Assembly (NCBI RefSeq): GCF_006345805.1
Contig: NC_042999.1
Coordinates: 124,744,001 to 124,808,000, forward strand
Length of the DNA stretch: 64,000 nt
Reading direction: 5' to 3'
From: Octopus sinensis
Taxonomy: Eukaryota
The position numbers were made by a program, and so were the translations under genes. The notes under the pieces were generated by a model. That model saw only the letters and a list, made by a program, of their open reading frames with translations, was not told the DNA's origin and made no database searches. Shown here in pieces: positions 50,523 to 62,633 of the stretch. Each line of letters opens with the position of its first letter. Position 1 is the first letter of the stretch.

Positions 50523-51363
50523 TGTGTTGAGTAGAGCACTAGAATGGTTTGGGCTACCTGGTGTCATCCATGGTTGGGGTATATTTTCATTAGATCTACT
50601 TCAGGAATTCCACAGTGATAGTTGAGATAATAATCAATTAAGTAAACAGAAAATGGACTTGGTATTAGTCTTTATTATGTATGACGATCATTTCAACCCA
50701 TCCTGTGAGTGTCCCTTATGGGTGGGGGTACTGCATCATATTATATTGCATCAATTTTGTAGTCTAGGTCACATCAGGTACATTCATACATTAAGCAGTG
50801 TATGCAGGTCACATCAGGTACATTCATACATGAAGGCGGCGAGCTGGCAGAAACATTAGCACGCCGGGCGAAATGCTTTGCGGTATTTCGTCTGTCATTA
50901 CGTTCTGAGTTCAAATTCCGCCGAGGTCAACTTTGCCTTTCATCCTTTCAGGGTCAATAAATAAAGTACCAATCTCGCACTGGGGTCGATGTAATTGGAT
51001 TAATCCGTTTGTCTGTCCTTGTTTGTCCCTCTATGTTTAGCCCCTTGTGGGTAGTAAAGAAATACATACATTAAGCAGTGTCTCACTAAAGATCTTGAGT
51101 TTGGGTGGTCATGTTGTTTCACTAACAGAATCAGTTGATTCCCCAAATGAAGTGGACAAATAGCAACATGATTGCCCAAACACGATCTTTGGTAAGACAC
51201 CATTTTATGTATGAATCTACCTGATGTGACTCAGACTGCAAAATTGATGCAACACAATATGATGCACAGTACCCCACCCATAAGTGACAGTCGCAAGATG
51301 GGTTGAAATGATCGTCATGCACAATAAAGTTGTAAAAATCCATTTTCTGTTTACTTAATTGAT

Positions 51364-51430
<67 letters not shown>

Positions 51431-51520
51431 TTCAGGAATTCCACAGCAGATCCAGCTGAAATATACTCCAACCGTGGATGATACCAGGTAGCTCAAACTG
51501 TGAATGTGTTACTCAACACA
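50523..51520. repeat. ~1-kb imperfect fold-back interrupted by a SINE A (50835-51063) and a (TA)n tract
   Basis: 50523-50590 mirrors 51455-51520. 50630-50800 plus 51070-51120 mirrors about 51160-51366. Confidence 0.8.
50835..51063 (+). mobile_element. SINE family A, young full-length copy
   Basis: GGCGGCGAGCTGGCAGAA head with CpGs retained; tail GTAAAGAAATA. Confidence 0.85.
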
Positions 51521-51659
51521 TTAATTGGCATTCCTCACCATATTGCAGTTCACCTGTCCCGGTTTATTATTTAAGCTTACGTCAATTGCTCTGTGGTGTT
51601 GTTCTGCATTTATAATAAAATAAATATATACAAATTATAAAGATAATGAAAAAAAAAGT

Positions 51660-51750
51660 ATACAGTACAGTACTGTTTCTACTTCACGGATTTTCACCTT
51701 TCACGGGAGTTTGGAATGTAACACCCAAGATAGTCAAGTGATTACTGTAT
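51660..51750. mobile_element. Tigger/pogo-like MITE terminus
   Basis: ..CACGGATTTTCACC..GATAGTCAAGTGATTACTG|TA ending pattern. Confidence 0.35.
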
Positions 51751-51777
51751 ACCTATTAGTCCAAAAACACATACATA

Positions 51778-51997
51778 TATATTTTTTCCTGGTGAAGGCC
51801 AGTTTAAGGGGTTGCCCTGGGTTTTTCCCATCCATAAAAGGTTTTGACTTTATGGCATATCATCAGACCCCAAGAGCTATTGGCTGGTCATAGGCCAACA
51901 GGTTTTGGTGTCAGATGATACACCATAAAGTCAAAACCTTTATGGACAGGAAACACAAGGTAACCCCATAAACTGGGCTTCGACAGGAAAAAATATA
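51778..51997. repeat. ~220-bp fold-back: two inverted hammerhead-bearing units
   Basis: Hammerhead-like motifs at 51808-51871 (minus) and 51907-51967 (plus). Confidence 0.8.
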
Positions 51998-52455
51998 GAC
52001 TGCTCTACTTCTTAGAGTGTGCTTCTTCTCCAGACTTATGTTTTTCTAAAAACAGTATATATCCTTTCTAGAAATACAAAGTAAGCGTAGAGTAGGTTTT
52101 AGCTAAATTTGATAAACCAAAACTTAAATCACTCAGCAATTCTACTCAATTTTTAACCCCTGTGAACCTTATTGATCCAGCTTATTAGAAGAGTTTACAC
52201 ATATCTATAGAACAGCACCCTTCTTTTACTATGGAATATCAAATCAAAAACTGATACCATATTGTTAGACAATAGGGGTGGTTTTGTGGTTACTCAGCCT
52301 GCAAGAAATAACAGTCATATCTCTTTCAACTATCTCTAAAAAGAAATAGCATTTTAATCTCTTTCAAACTATGTGTACCAGCTCAAAAAAAAAAAAAATT
52401 AACAGCCAAATCTCTTGTAAGCCACATCCTATCAACTTTTAGTAAAAGGACACAT

Positions 52456-53190
52456 AAGTGTTCCTGGACTAGTTCTGTAGTCCATCAACAGATGGCAGCA
52501 CATGGTTGCATGTGCAATGTAAGCTAGCAGTGACCTTCATGAAGCAGACTGCTGAGTGACATCACTGTGTTAACTTCGCAAGTTGCAACATTTGTATTTT
52601 TGTGATCACATGTATGCAGTAGTCTGCAATTTTGTCATGGACAGGAACATAGAGGCAACATGAAATTTTGTGTTAAACTTGGGAAGTTTTCTACAGAAAC
52701 ATTGAGCATACTTTGGGAAGCTTATGGCAAGAGGCAATGGGTCGTAAGCAATGTCTTGAGTGGCACAGGTGCTTAAAAAGTAGAAGAACATCCCAGGAAG
52801 ACAATGAGGGTCTAGAAAACCTGCCAACTGGTATTGTTCATTGATAATTCAACCCCCAGGGCCACACTATCAATCAAGAGGTTTACTGTGATGCTTTGAA
52901 GTGTTTGAGGGAGAACATTCAGCAAAAGCGACCTGATCTGTGGAGCACAAAGAACACCAAGCTCTCCTAACTTGTGAGTTTCTCACCAAAGAAAACATGG
53001 TATCACTTCCAAATCCACCCTATTTGCCAGATTTAGTACCTGCAGATTTCCATCTCTTCCCCTAGAGGAAAATGCAGCTCAAAGGTCACCATTTTAATAC
53101 TGTTGTCAAGATCCAGAGTAAATTGCAGAAGGTCCTTGATTTGATTACGGAAAACGACTTTCAGGTCAGATTCCAAAAGTGGCAGAAAAA
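52456..53190 (+). mobile_element. Degenerate, internally deleted mariner
   Basis: KFCVKLGK N-terminal remnant, PPYLPDLVPADFHLFP and FQKWQK motifs with many stops. Confidence 0.75.
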
Positions 53191-53426
53191 CTACTATGGG
53201 TTTCATGTTCATAAAGCACTCAGCTTTATAGCATTTCTTGTATATATATCAAAGTATCTCTTGGTTTTTATAATATTAATAATGTGTGTGTGTGTGTGTG
53301 TTTTATATTTGGTAGGATAGTGTGTGTATATGTGTGCACGTTTGTGTGTGTGTGTATATGTGTGTGGTTAATGTTTGTAAAGCCTGGGACCAATCAAAAA
53401 CAGCCCACACACACAAACACAAACAC

Positions 53427-53479
<53 letters not shown>

Positions 53480-53502
53480 ATATATAATATATATATATAT
53501 AT

Positions 53503-53915
53503 AGGCGCAGGAGCGGCTGTGTGGTAAGTAGCTTGCTTACCAACCACATGGTTCCAAGTTCAGTCCCACTGTGTGGCACTTTGGGCAAGTGTCTTCTACT
53601 ATAGCCTCGGGCCGACCAAAGCCTTGTGAGTGGATTTGGTAGACGGAAACTGAAAGAAGCCCGTCATATATATGTATATATATATATATGTTGGCGTGTA
53701 TGTTTGTGTGTCTGTGTTTGTCCCCCTAGCATTGCTTAACAACCGATGCTGCTGTGTTTATGTCCCCGTCACTTAGCGGTTCGGCAAAAGAGACCGATAG
53801 AATAAGTACTGGGCTTACAAAGAATAAGTCCCGGGGTCGAGTTGCCCGACTAAAGGCGGTGCTCCAGCATGGCCACAGTCAACTGACTGAAACAAGTAAA
53901 AGAGTAAAAGAAAAG
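53503..53915 (+). mobile_element. SINE family B, full length
   Basis: GGCGCAGGAGCGGCTGTGTGGTAAG head through (GTAAAAGA)n tail. Confidence 0.88.
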
Positions 53916-53919
53916 AGTA

Positions 53920-54590
53920 TATATACACACACACACACCATTCTGACCTTCAAACAGATGCACATATACACATACATGCGCACACACAACACCATGACAA
54001 ATACCAATCACACACATACATAGACACACACACACACACACAACACCAAGACAATCACACACACGGTTGATCACATACATACACACACACATCTCAGACA
54101 CAACATGCACACTCCCATACACACATAACATCCCCACCAACACAAAAAACACACAAACATACATGCGCACACATACAGACACACACATGCGCACACACAC
54201 AACACTATAACAAATATCAATCACACACACAACACCAAGACAATCATAACAATCACAAACATACTAGGACAGAGATACACACACTCACCTACACACACAT
54301 AACATCCCCACCAACACAAAATATACAAGCATACACAAGGACCCACAGATGCACACATACACACATACAAACAAACACAGAAACACACTAGCGCACACAC
54401 AACACACTAACAAACATTAACCACACACATACACACACACACAAACGTGCACACATATACACACACCATCCTACCAAATATTAAACACACACAAACACAT
54501 CTACTTACCTGGGACCAATAAAAAACCGCCCACAAAACAAACACATGTATATATATATACACACACAAAGACACACACACTCACACCATT
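53920..54590. repeat. CA-rich degenerate minisatellite
   Basis: Recurring ACACATAACATCCCCACCAACACAAAA and CAACACCAAGACAATCA units. Confidence 0.75.
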
Positions 54591-54987
54591 CTGGCCTCTA
54601 AAGACCAATCCCCCAAATCACTGATTCTTGAAAGAGAAACAAAAACTTCTTTTCAATTCCACATTACTCTTCCTTCCCCCCACCCAAACACACCTACACT
54701 GTCCCTTGAAATAGAAAATAGTCTTTTACAATGATATGGTGAATCAGGTCAGTTCAAACTAAATATATCCCCCTCATTGTACATTATATACTACCAAAAT
54801 GTAACCTTTTTGAACTTATAACTTTCTGTGTATATATATACAGATACAATACCAATATTTATCTGAACTTTTTAATAATTCTTTTTGTAAACTGTTTTTA
54901 ACATTCTCTTATTATTATCAAAGAATGTATATATGTATTGTAATATTTTGTGACAACCAGTACCTAACACAACCAAGCTTTTACATG

Positions 54988-55032
54988 TTACTTTTGACAA
55001 TCTTCTTCTAAAAAAGTGAAACCGGTAAGTAA
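54988..55032 (+). ncRNA. Degenerate type I hammerhead
   Basis: TTACTT-TTGACAA-...-GAAA-CCGG-TA-AGTAA. Palindromic stem III ACCGGT and GUA triplet; the core box has decayed. Confidence 0.45.
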
Positions 55033-55071
55033 ATAAACATCTTTTAAAACTGCATTTTCAAACCTTCTTTC

Positions 55072-55102
<31 letters not shown>

Positions 55103-55809
55103 TATATAAATATATGTATATATATATGTAACAGTTATGATATTCGTTGGTTGCCATTGTGCAAGATAAAACAGTAATTGAAGTTGTAAAGAAATATTTA
55201 TTTACCATTACATTAATATAATGCTGTACCACAACAGGTAGGCTAATATAACAGTATAACAAAGTTCATAAAGCATGCAAGATAAAGAAAGTTAATTTCA
55301 GCCTGTACATGTGTGTACACGATCTCATAGTAGTATATAGAGAGGGATATGGTAATGTTACAGAGAAAAGAAAGTGAGTTAGTAAAGGTGAGAGTGGTGG
55401 GACAAAACATTTACTTCATTGGTGAGTTAGTATAGTTGCCCCTTTGTGCATTTTCCTTCAGAGACAGCATTTTGTTCAGCCAGACCCAGTTCTCACTAAC
55501 TTTGGCTTACAGAGTTCCTGTTTTCACAACTGTTGAAAACTAGTTAGAAAGATAGACATATTGTTGAGAACAATAGATTTCATTGGGGGTCTGTTATCTC
55601 TATTCTAGCTTTCGGTGGTCAAATGACAAAGACATTATTCTGCTTTGCGAAGGCATCTGGCAAATGTAACTGCTGTCACTCACAGAAAAAGTATTATTTT
55701 ACCATGAGAAAAGTGCTGTTGAATTGTTAAGTGAATTTTGGCTATCAAGGATCAAATCCATGCCTGCATGAAGCCACTACATATATATATATATTATATA
55801 TATATATAT

Positions 55810-55841
<32 letters not shown>

Positions 55842-55866
55842 ATATATATAACAAAAGTACCTTTAA

Positions 55867-55983
55867 AGAAAATCACATCTTTAATTGTAAAATTCACATT
55901 ACAAACCTGATAATTGTTTCTGTTGTGTTAACAGAAACAATTGTCAGCATTGTAAGGTGAATTCTGCAAAGATGTGATTTTCT
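55867..55983. repeat. ~117-bp hairpin with a hammerhead 3'-half (GAAA-CAATTG-TC) in the arms
   Basis: AGAAAATCACATCTTT..CTGATAATTGTTTCTGTT is mirrored by AACAGAAACAATTGTCAG..AAAGATGTGATTTTCT. Confidence 0.8.
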
Positions 55984-56209
55984 CTATACATATTTTTGTT
56001 GTCTAATACTCTGAATTTCTGGAAACTCTTCTAAATGATATTTGGATCTATTTGTCTTACATGAGGAATTAAATTGTATGTGTATTCTACTTGCATATAT
56101 TGGTGTCCAATTTGTTGGATATAGTTAACCACATTAATTTAAAACTGCTTTATTGATATCTGCTTGGACTTTTTAATCCCTCTTTTCTTCTTACATCTAT
56201 ACATACATG

Positions 56210-56267
<58 letters not shown>

Positions 56268-56760
56268 CAGCTTCCACAAAATTTCCGTCTTCCAAATCCA
56301 CTCAAGGCTTTTGTCGACCTGTGGCTATAGTAGAAAACATTTGTTCATGGTGCTATGCAGTGGGGCCAAACCTGAAAATAAGTGGTATCCTGGAAAATTA
56401 TTTTCTTCTATAGCGCTGAGTCGACTAAAAACTTGTGAGTGGATTTCGTAAATGGAAACTGAAAGAAGCCCGCTGTATGCGAGTACATGTGAGGGTGGTT
56501 CTGGGTGCGTGCGTGCGTGCGTACGTACGTGTGTGTGTGTGTGTGTGTGTGTATGTCCACCACTGCTTGACAACCGGTGTTGGTTTCTTTACATCCTCGC
56601 AACTTGATTGTTCGGCAAAAAAGAAACATAGAGTAAATACCAGGTCTTGAAAAAAATTAGTACTGAGATCGATTTGTTCGACTAAAACCCTTCAAGGCAG
56701 TGCTCCAGTATGACCGCAGTATAATGACCGAAACGAAAAAAAGATTAAAGACAAAAGATA
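56268..56760. mobile_element. SINE family B copies, head-to-head
   Basis: Minus fragment at 56268-56390 and plus fragment at 56420-56760. Confidence 0.65.
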
Positions 56761-57379
56761 AATATTTACTCCTCAACTTTTCCCTTACATTAAAATGAAC
56801 TTCGAAAAAAAAAGTAAGGAGTTGTTTCCCTTTGCATTTAGAACGATGTTCTCCTGGGAGGGAACTGAAATGGAATTACCCGAATTCTTTTTCAAGTCAT
56901 TGACTTTAAAATTGATCACTATTGAGTGTAATAGCTCAGAAATTTTTATCTCGCCGTGGAAGTCACACTAAACATAGATTGAACAGCTGAACTGAAATAT
57001 ATCTAGCTTTTTGTGATGAATTAACGATCTTTTAAATAATTATTTCTTGAAAAATAGATTTGAAAAAAGAAAACGAGCTTTTTTTCAACTTTCATGGGAA
57101 AAACAGAGATCAAACGATAAATTTTATCGGGTGATTTAAGATACAAGTGTGAGGTGCCATTTTCGCTTAGATAAATAAGCGATGATGATGATGATATTTC
57201 GGGAGATAGAACGATCACTCGATAGATAGATGCATTCATACATTCACATATATACACACATAATGAATACTTATTTTTTTAAATAAATTTGTACACACAC
57301 ACATTCATACAAAGATACATACACACAGGCATACATACATACACACACGCACACATACATACATAGATATACACACGCA

Positions 57380-57415
<36 letters not shown>

Positions 57416-57496
57416 ACACACACACACACATACACACATACATACATACATACATACATACATACATACATACATACATACATACATACATACATA

Positions 57497-59097
57497 CAAT
57501 GGTGGGCTGAAAAGTTCATAGGCTGACTATGAAGGTGTGATGCCAGAGTTGTGAAGTCTTGCATGCAATAATTTCAAATTTTATTAATAGCTGCATTGTT
57601 TCTTTCTGGGTAAACTGACATCTCACTGTTTAAAAAAGTTTACCAACCACATGGTTCCAGGTTCAGTCCCACTGTGTGGCACCTTGGGCAAGTGTCTTCT
57701 ACTATAGCCTCGAGCCGACCAAAGCCTTGTGAGTGGATTTGGTAGACGGAAACTGAAAGAAGCCCATCGTATATATGTGTATATATATGTATGTGTGTGT
57801 ATATGTTTGTATGTCTGTGTTTGTCCCCCCACAACATCGCTTGACAACCGATGCTAGTGTGTTTACATCCCCGTAACTTTGTGGTTTGGCAAAAGAGACC
57901 GATAGAATAAGTACTAGGCTTACAAAGAATAAGTCCTGGGGTTGATTTGCTCGACTAAAGGCGGTGCTCCAGCATGGCCACAGTCAAATGACTGAAACAA
58001 GTAAAAGAGTAAAAGAGTAGCGACTTCTCTTGAAATTGGACACAATTTGGCATCATGGTGTTATGAAATACTTGGAGAAAAATGGACATTTGTGTTGGCA
58101 TGGTTGCCATGTTAGGGGTTGACATTCCAGTTTTATCAACCGGGCAAAGGGGGGCAGCTGAATCTAGGAAGGGAAGGGGGGACCTTGAAGATGATCCAAA
58201 GTCTGGACATCCTGCAATGGCCACCACTGACGAAAACATTGATTGTGTTCATCACATGGTGATGGATGACAGTTGACTGACTACAAATCAAATAGCCTGT
58301 GCTATTAGCAAATCCTGTGAGAGAGTTGAGAATATTCAACGCAATGAACTTGGCATGATGAAGGTTTATGCTCGGTGGGTGCCAATTCTTTTCATACCTG
58401 ATCAAAAGTGCACCAGGCTGATCACATCCTGGGAAAATTTGACATTGTTTGAGGCAGATCCAGCTGGTTTCCTTGAATGTTTCCTAACCTTGGATGACAG
58501 TTGACTTCTTCACTTTGAACCAGAGACAAAGAGACAATCCATGCAATGGAAACACCTCCTCACCTACCCCAAAGAAGGCCAAGGTTGTTTGATCTGCAGG
58601 GAAGGTGATGTCCTCAGGTTTTTGGAATGCAAAACACATTGTGTTTATTGAACCTCTTCAAAAGAGCCACACCATCAATGGAGAGAACTACACCAACTTG
58701 ATAAGGCAGTTTTGAAAGTTTATTAAGACCAAATGCCCAGGAAAACTGATGAAAGGGATCCTGTTACATCAGGACAGTGCTCCAGCACACAAATACTTGG
58801 TTTCAATGGCTACTGTGCATGACTGCGAATTTGAACTGGTTGATCAGCATCTCTATCATCTGTTACCCAACATGAATATAGTTTTGGCTGGGAACCAGTA
58901 TTGCAGTGATGACGACTCATATCTGCTGCTGACTATTTTTGACCAGCAAGATGAAAGCTTCTTCATCAATGGGATCCAGGCATTGCAATGTTGGTGTTTG
59001 TGGACTGCATAGGGGACTACATTGAAAAATAAACCTCATTTGGTTACATTCTTTGAGAGCATCTTAGTCAACCAATGAACTTTTCAGCCAACCCTCA
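57497..59097 (+). mobile_element. Mariner element with TIRs, degenerate transposase and nested SINE B (57642-58020)
   Basis: TIRs GGTGGGCTGAAAAGTTCATAGGCTGACTA / TAGTCAACCAATGAACTTTTCAGCCAACC flanked by TA. Motifs LEDDPKSGHP, ARWVP, FEPETKRQSMQW and LLHQDSAPAH. Confidence 0.88.
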
Positions 59098-59372
59098 TAC
59101 ACATACATGCACATACATACATACACACAGATGCATGCATACATACATACACACAGATGCATGCATGCATGCATACATACATACATACACACAGATGCAT
59201 GCATGCATACATACATACATACATACATACATACACACAGATGCATGCATACATGCATGCATGCATGCATGCATGCATACATACATACATACATACATAC
59301 ATACATACATACATACATACATACATACATACATACATACATACATACATACATACATACATACATACATAC
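59098..59372. repeat. (CATA)n/(CATG)n microsatellite
   Basis: Direct reading. Confidence 0.95.
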
Positions 59373-60566
59373 CCTGTTGTTGATGTTGAAATTCTAATGA
59401 AGGTTAGAAACCGGATCTTTTTCTCTTGGCAAGAAATCTTGAAATAAACTGAATAATGACATACATACATACATATTTTGATTACAGAAATATTAACTTT
59501 CCAAAGTATAGCTTACAACAATAGATTTTCAATACAAATTATATGTTTTAGTACTGTATATAATCAGTTTAGGAACTCTTCCTTAACTAATTATATACAG
59601 TACTAAAACATAAAAAACAACTAAAACATCATCATCATCATCATCATTGTTATCATCATTGTCATTTTAATCATAGTCAGCCTATGAACTTTTCAACCCA
59701 CCCTCATAAATTTCAATGTGAAATGCACCAGTAATTTTTTGTTTGCAAGAGAGAGAGAGAGATAGAAAAGAGAGAAAGAAACAAACAAATAAAGCGAGAA
59801 GAAAAGAAAGAAATGAACAAAGCAAGATGAAAAGAAAGAAAGAGAAAAAAAGAAAGTAAGAAAGAAAGAAAGAAACTGAAAACCAGTGTTTACAAATGGA
59901 GGTGTTTCTGGGGACGCTGTAGACTTCTTTCATCTTCACTGCTATTGTGGTTTAATGTTGTGATGCCTACCTGCTCATACCCACCCTCAACTCTCTGTGA
60001 TTTAACTGAACCACACCCCCTTAATTACACTAGATAACTTCAATCTAACAATCTCAGGAAATGCTCTAACTCCCCTATTTATGACATAATGAAGACCTAC
60101 AAGAAATTCCTCACTGGTTTTATACAATGTTAAATCAAATAAAATAGCTGTAATGTGTTGGACTACAGATAAACTAAAATTCTGTGCTGCATCAGAATTT
60201 TGTCAGTGATCAGGTCGCGGTCTCAAAGCGATGAAAATATTTTGGCAAATTAAATTTAAATGTTGAAGCGAACCTTAACGGTTTTTGTGTGTTTTTAAAT
60301 GGCTTATAAATGGTTTATAACTATAAATATGTTTACAACTAATTCTGACCTCCTCAACAAAACTTGAACTTCATCATACATGCTGAAGTAGTGATGAATA
60401 CAATATTATGCAAATATATGACAATGTTCGTATTTTAATGTAGGAAAATTGATTTGAGGAACTGTTCTTAATTGGTAAGTGATTTGATCACAAACCATTT
60501 CATCGTAGAGACATCTTAGCCATTTAGGAACACACAAAATTTCTAATGATATTTATATTTCATTTA

Positions 60567-61190
60567 AGGCAGTGAGCTGGCAGAAATGTTAGCACACTGG
60601 GCGAAATGCTTAGTAGTATTTACGTTCTAAGTTCAAGTTCCACCAAGGTCGACTTTGCTTTTCATCCTTTCAGGGTCAATAAATTAAGTACCAGTTGCAT
60701 ACTGGGGTCAATCTAATTGACTGCCCTCACCCTCCCCAAAAATTTTGAGCCTTGTGCCTAGAGTAGAAACAAATATATTGGTCAAATCAACTGGCCCCTC
60801 CCCAAAAATTTCAGGCTTTGTGCCGAGAGTAGAAAAGAATATATCAATCTAACTGACTAGCCCCCATTCCCCAAAAATTTTGTGCCTTGTGCCTAGAGTA
60901 GAAAAGAATATATCAGTGTAATCGACTAGCCCCTTCCCCAAAAATTTCAGGCCTTGTGCCTAGAGTAGAAAAGAATATTTATCTTCCCTGATGGCAGGGA
61001 GCTGGCAGAAATGTTAGCACACTGGGCAAAATGTTTTTACATTCTAAGTACAAATTCCACCAAGGTTAATTTTGCCTATTCATCTTTTCAGGATCGATAA
61101 ATTAAGTACCAGTTGTGTACTAAAATCAACTGACCCCCTCCACAAAAATTTCGGGCCTTGAGCCTAGAGTAGAAAAGAATATTTATCTTT
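60567..61190 (+). mobile_element. Two SINE family A copies; the first has its 3' ~63-bp unit repeated about 4 times
   Basis: GAGCTGGCAGAAATGTTAGCAC heads at about 60574 and 60999; repeated CCCCAAAAATTT..CCTTGTGCCTAGAGTAGAAAAGAATAT. Confidence 0.8.
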
Positions 61191-61589
61191 CATTTATTTC
61201 TTTAAGGGTTAAACATTTTTTTTTTTTTTTCAAATTGTGACTTGCTCATTGACACAATTCCACTGCAGTTGTTGAATATTAGTTATTCTCTTTATTTTTA
61301 TATATATACTTGGCAAACAGTGACTCTACATATTCAAAACCAACCACCATGACAAAGTAATTAGGAAAATAGCAGGAATAGTAATTAAGAAATGTACAAA
61401 TTTATAGACAAACAGAAGAACTGAACCTTAAAGTGACTAACAGTGGCCTAAGTGAAAAGATCAAACAGCAAGAAAAAAAAATACAATGAAAATTTGTGGC
61501 CCATAAAATCTCACCAGAAACTAATTTTGAATAATAAAATATTAAGATTTGAACTTAATAATTATATATCTAACATGTATCTTTTATTC

Positions 61590-61790
61590 TATATCTTTTA
61601 CTTATTTCAGTCATTTGACTGTGGCCATGCTGGGGCACCACCTTGAAGGATTTTAGCTGAACAGATTGACTCCAATACTTATATCTTAAGCCTGATACTT
61701 ATTCTAGTGGCCTTTTTCACCAAACTGGGACATAAACACATCAACACCAGTTGTCAGGTAGTGGTAACGGACAAACACAGACACAAAGGC
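61590..61790 (-). mobile_element. SINE family B 3' fragment
   Basis: TTTCAGTCATTTGACTGTGGCCATGCTGG matches the reverse of the family B tail. Confidence 0.65.
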
Positions 61791-61816
61791 ACACACTGGG
61801 AGACATATACATTATT

Positions 61817-61878
<62 letters not shown>

Positions 61879-62184
61879 CATATATTTATATACATTTGTC
61901 TGTATGTGTGTGTGTACATGCATGCGTGCGTGCACAAATATACATACACACATAATAAACATGTCTATATATCTTGAGTATTCCAAATGTATCTCAATGT
62001 AATCCTTCTATTGTCCTTTGTACACCTTGATGATTTTCCATTCAAGGTATTTAAAATGCAAAATTATATGTTTTGTAATTTTAATTTTGTCTGTGAAATG
62101 AAAAAAATTGTAGATGAATATGTTAATTAATTAATGAAGTAATTTGTATTCATTAGATTTCTCTGTTTTCTAGCTCAATAATAA

Positions 62185-62219
<35 letters not shown>

Positions 62220-62222
<3 letters not shown>

Positions 62223-62599
62223 GGCACTCTGTCGGTTATGATGGTGAGGGTTCCAATTGATCCGATCAACGGAACAGCCTGCTCGTGAAATTAACATGCA
62301 AGTGGCTCAGCACTCCACAGACATGAGTACCCTTAACGTAGTTCTTGGGGAAATTCATCGTGACACAGAGTGTGACAAGGCTGGCCCTTTGAAATACAGG
62401 TACAACAGAAACAGGAAGAAAGAGTGAGAGAAAGTTTTGGCAAAAGAGTGCAGCAGGGTTCGCTGCCACCTCCTGCTGGAGCTTTGTGGGGCTTTAGATG
62501 TTTTTGCTCAATAAACACTCACAACACCCAGTCTGGTAATCAAAACCACAATCCTACAAACGTGAGTCTGCTGCCCCAACCACTAGGCCATTGCACCTC

Positions 62600-62601
<2 letters not shown>
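62220..62601 (-). mobile_element. tRNA-derived SINE family C
   Basis: The minus-strand head GGAGGTGCAATGGCCTAGTGGTT closely matches the head of the copy at 4263-4420. Confidence 0.75.
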
Positions 62602-62633
<32 letters not shown>

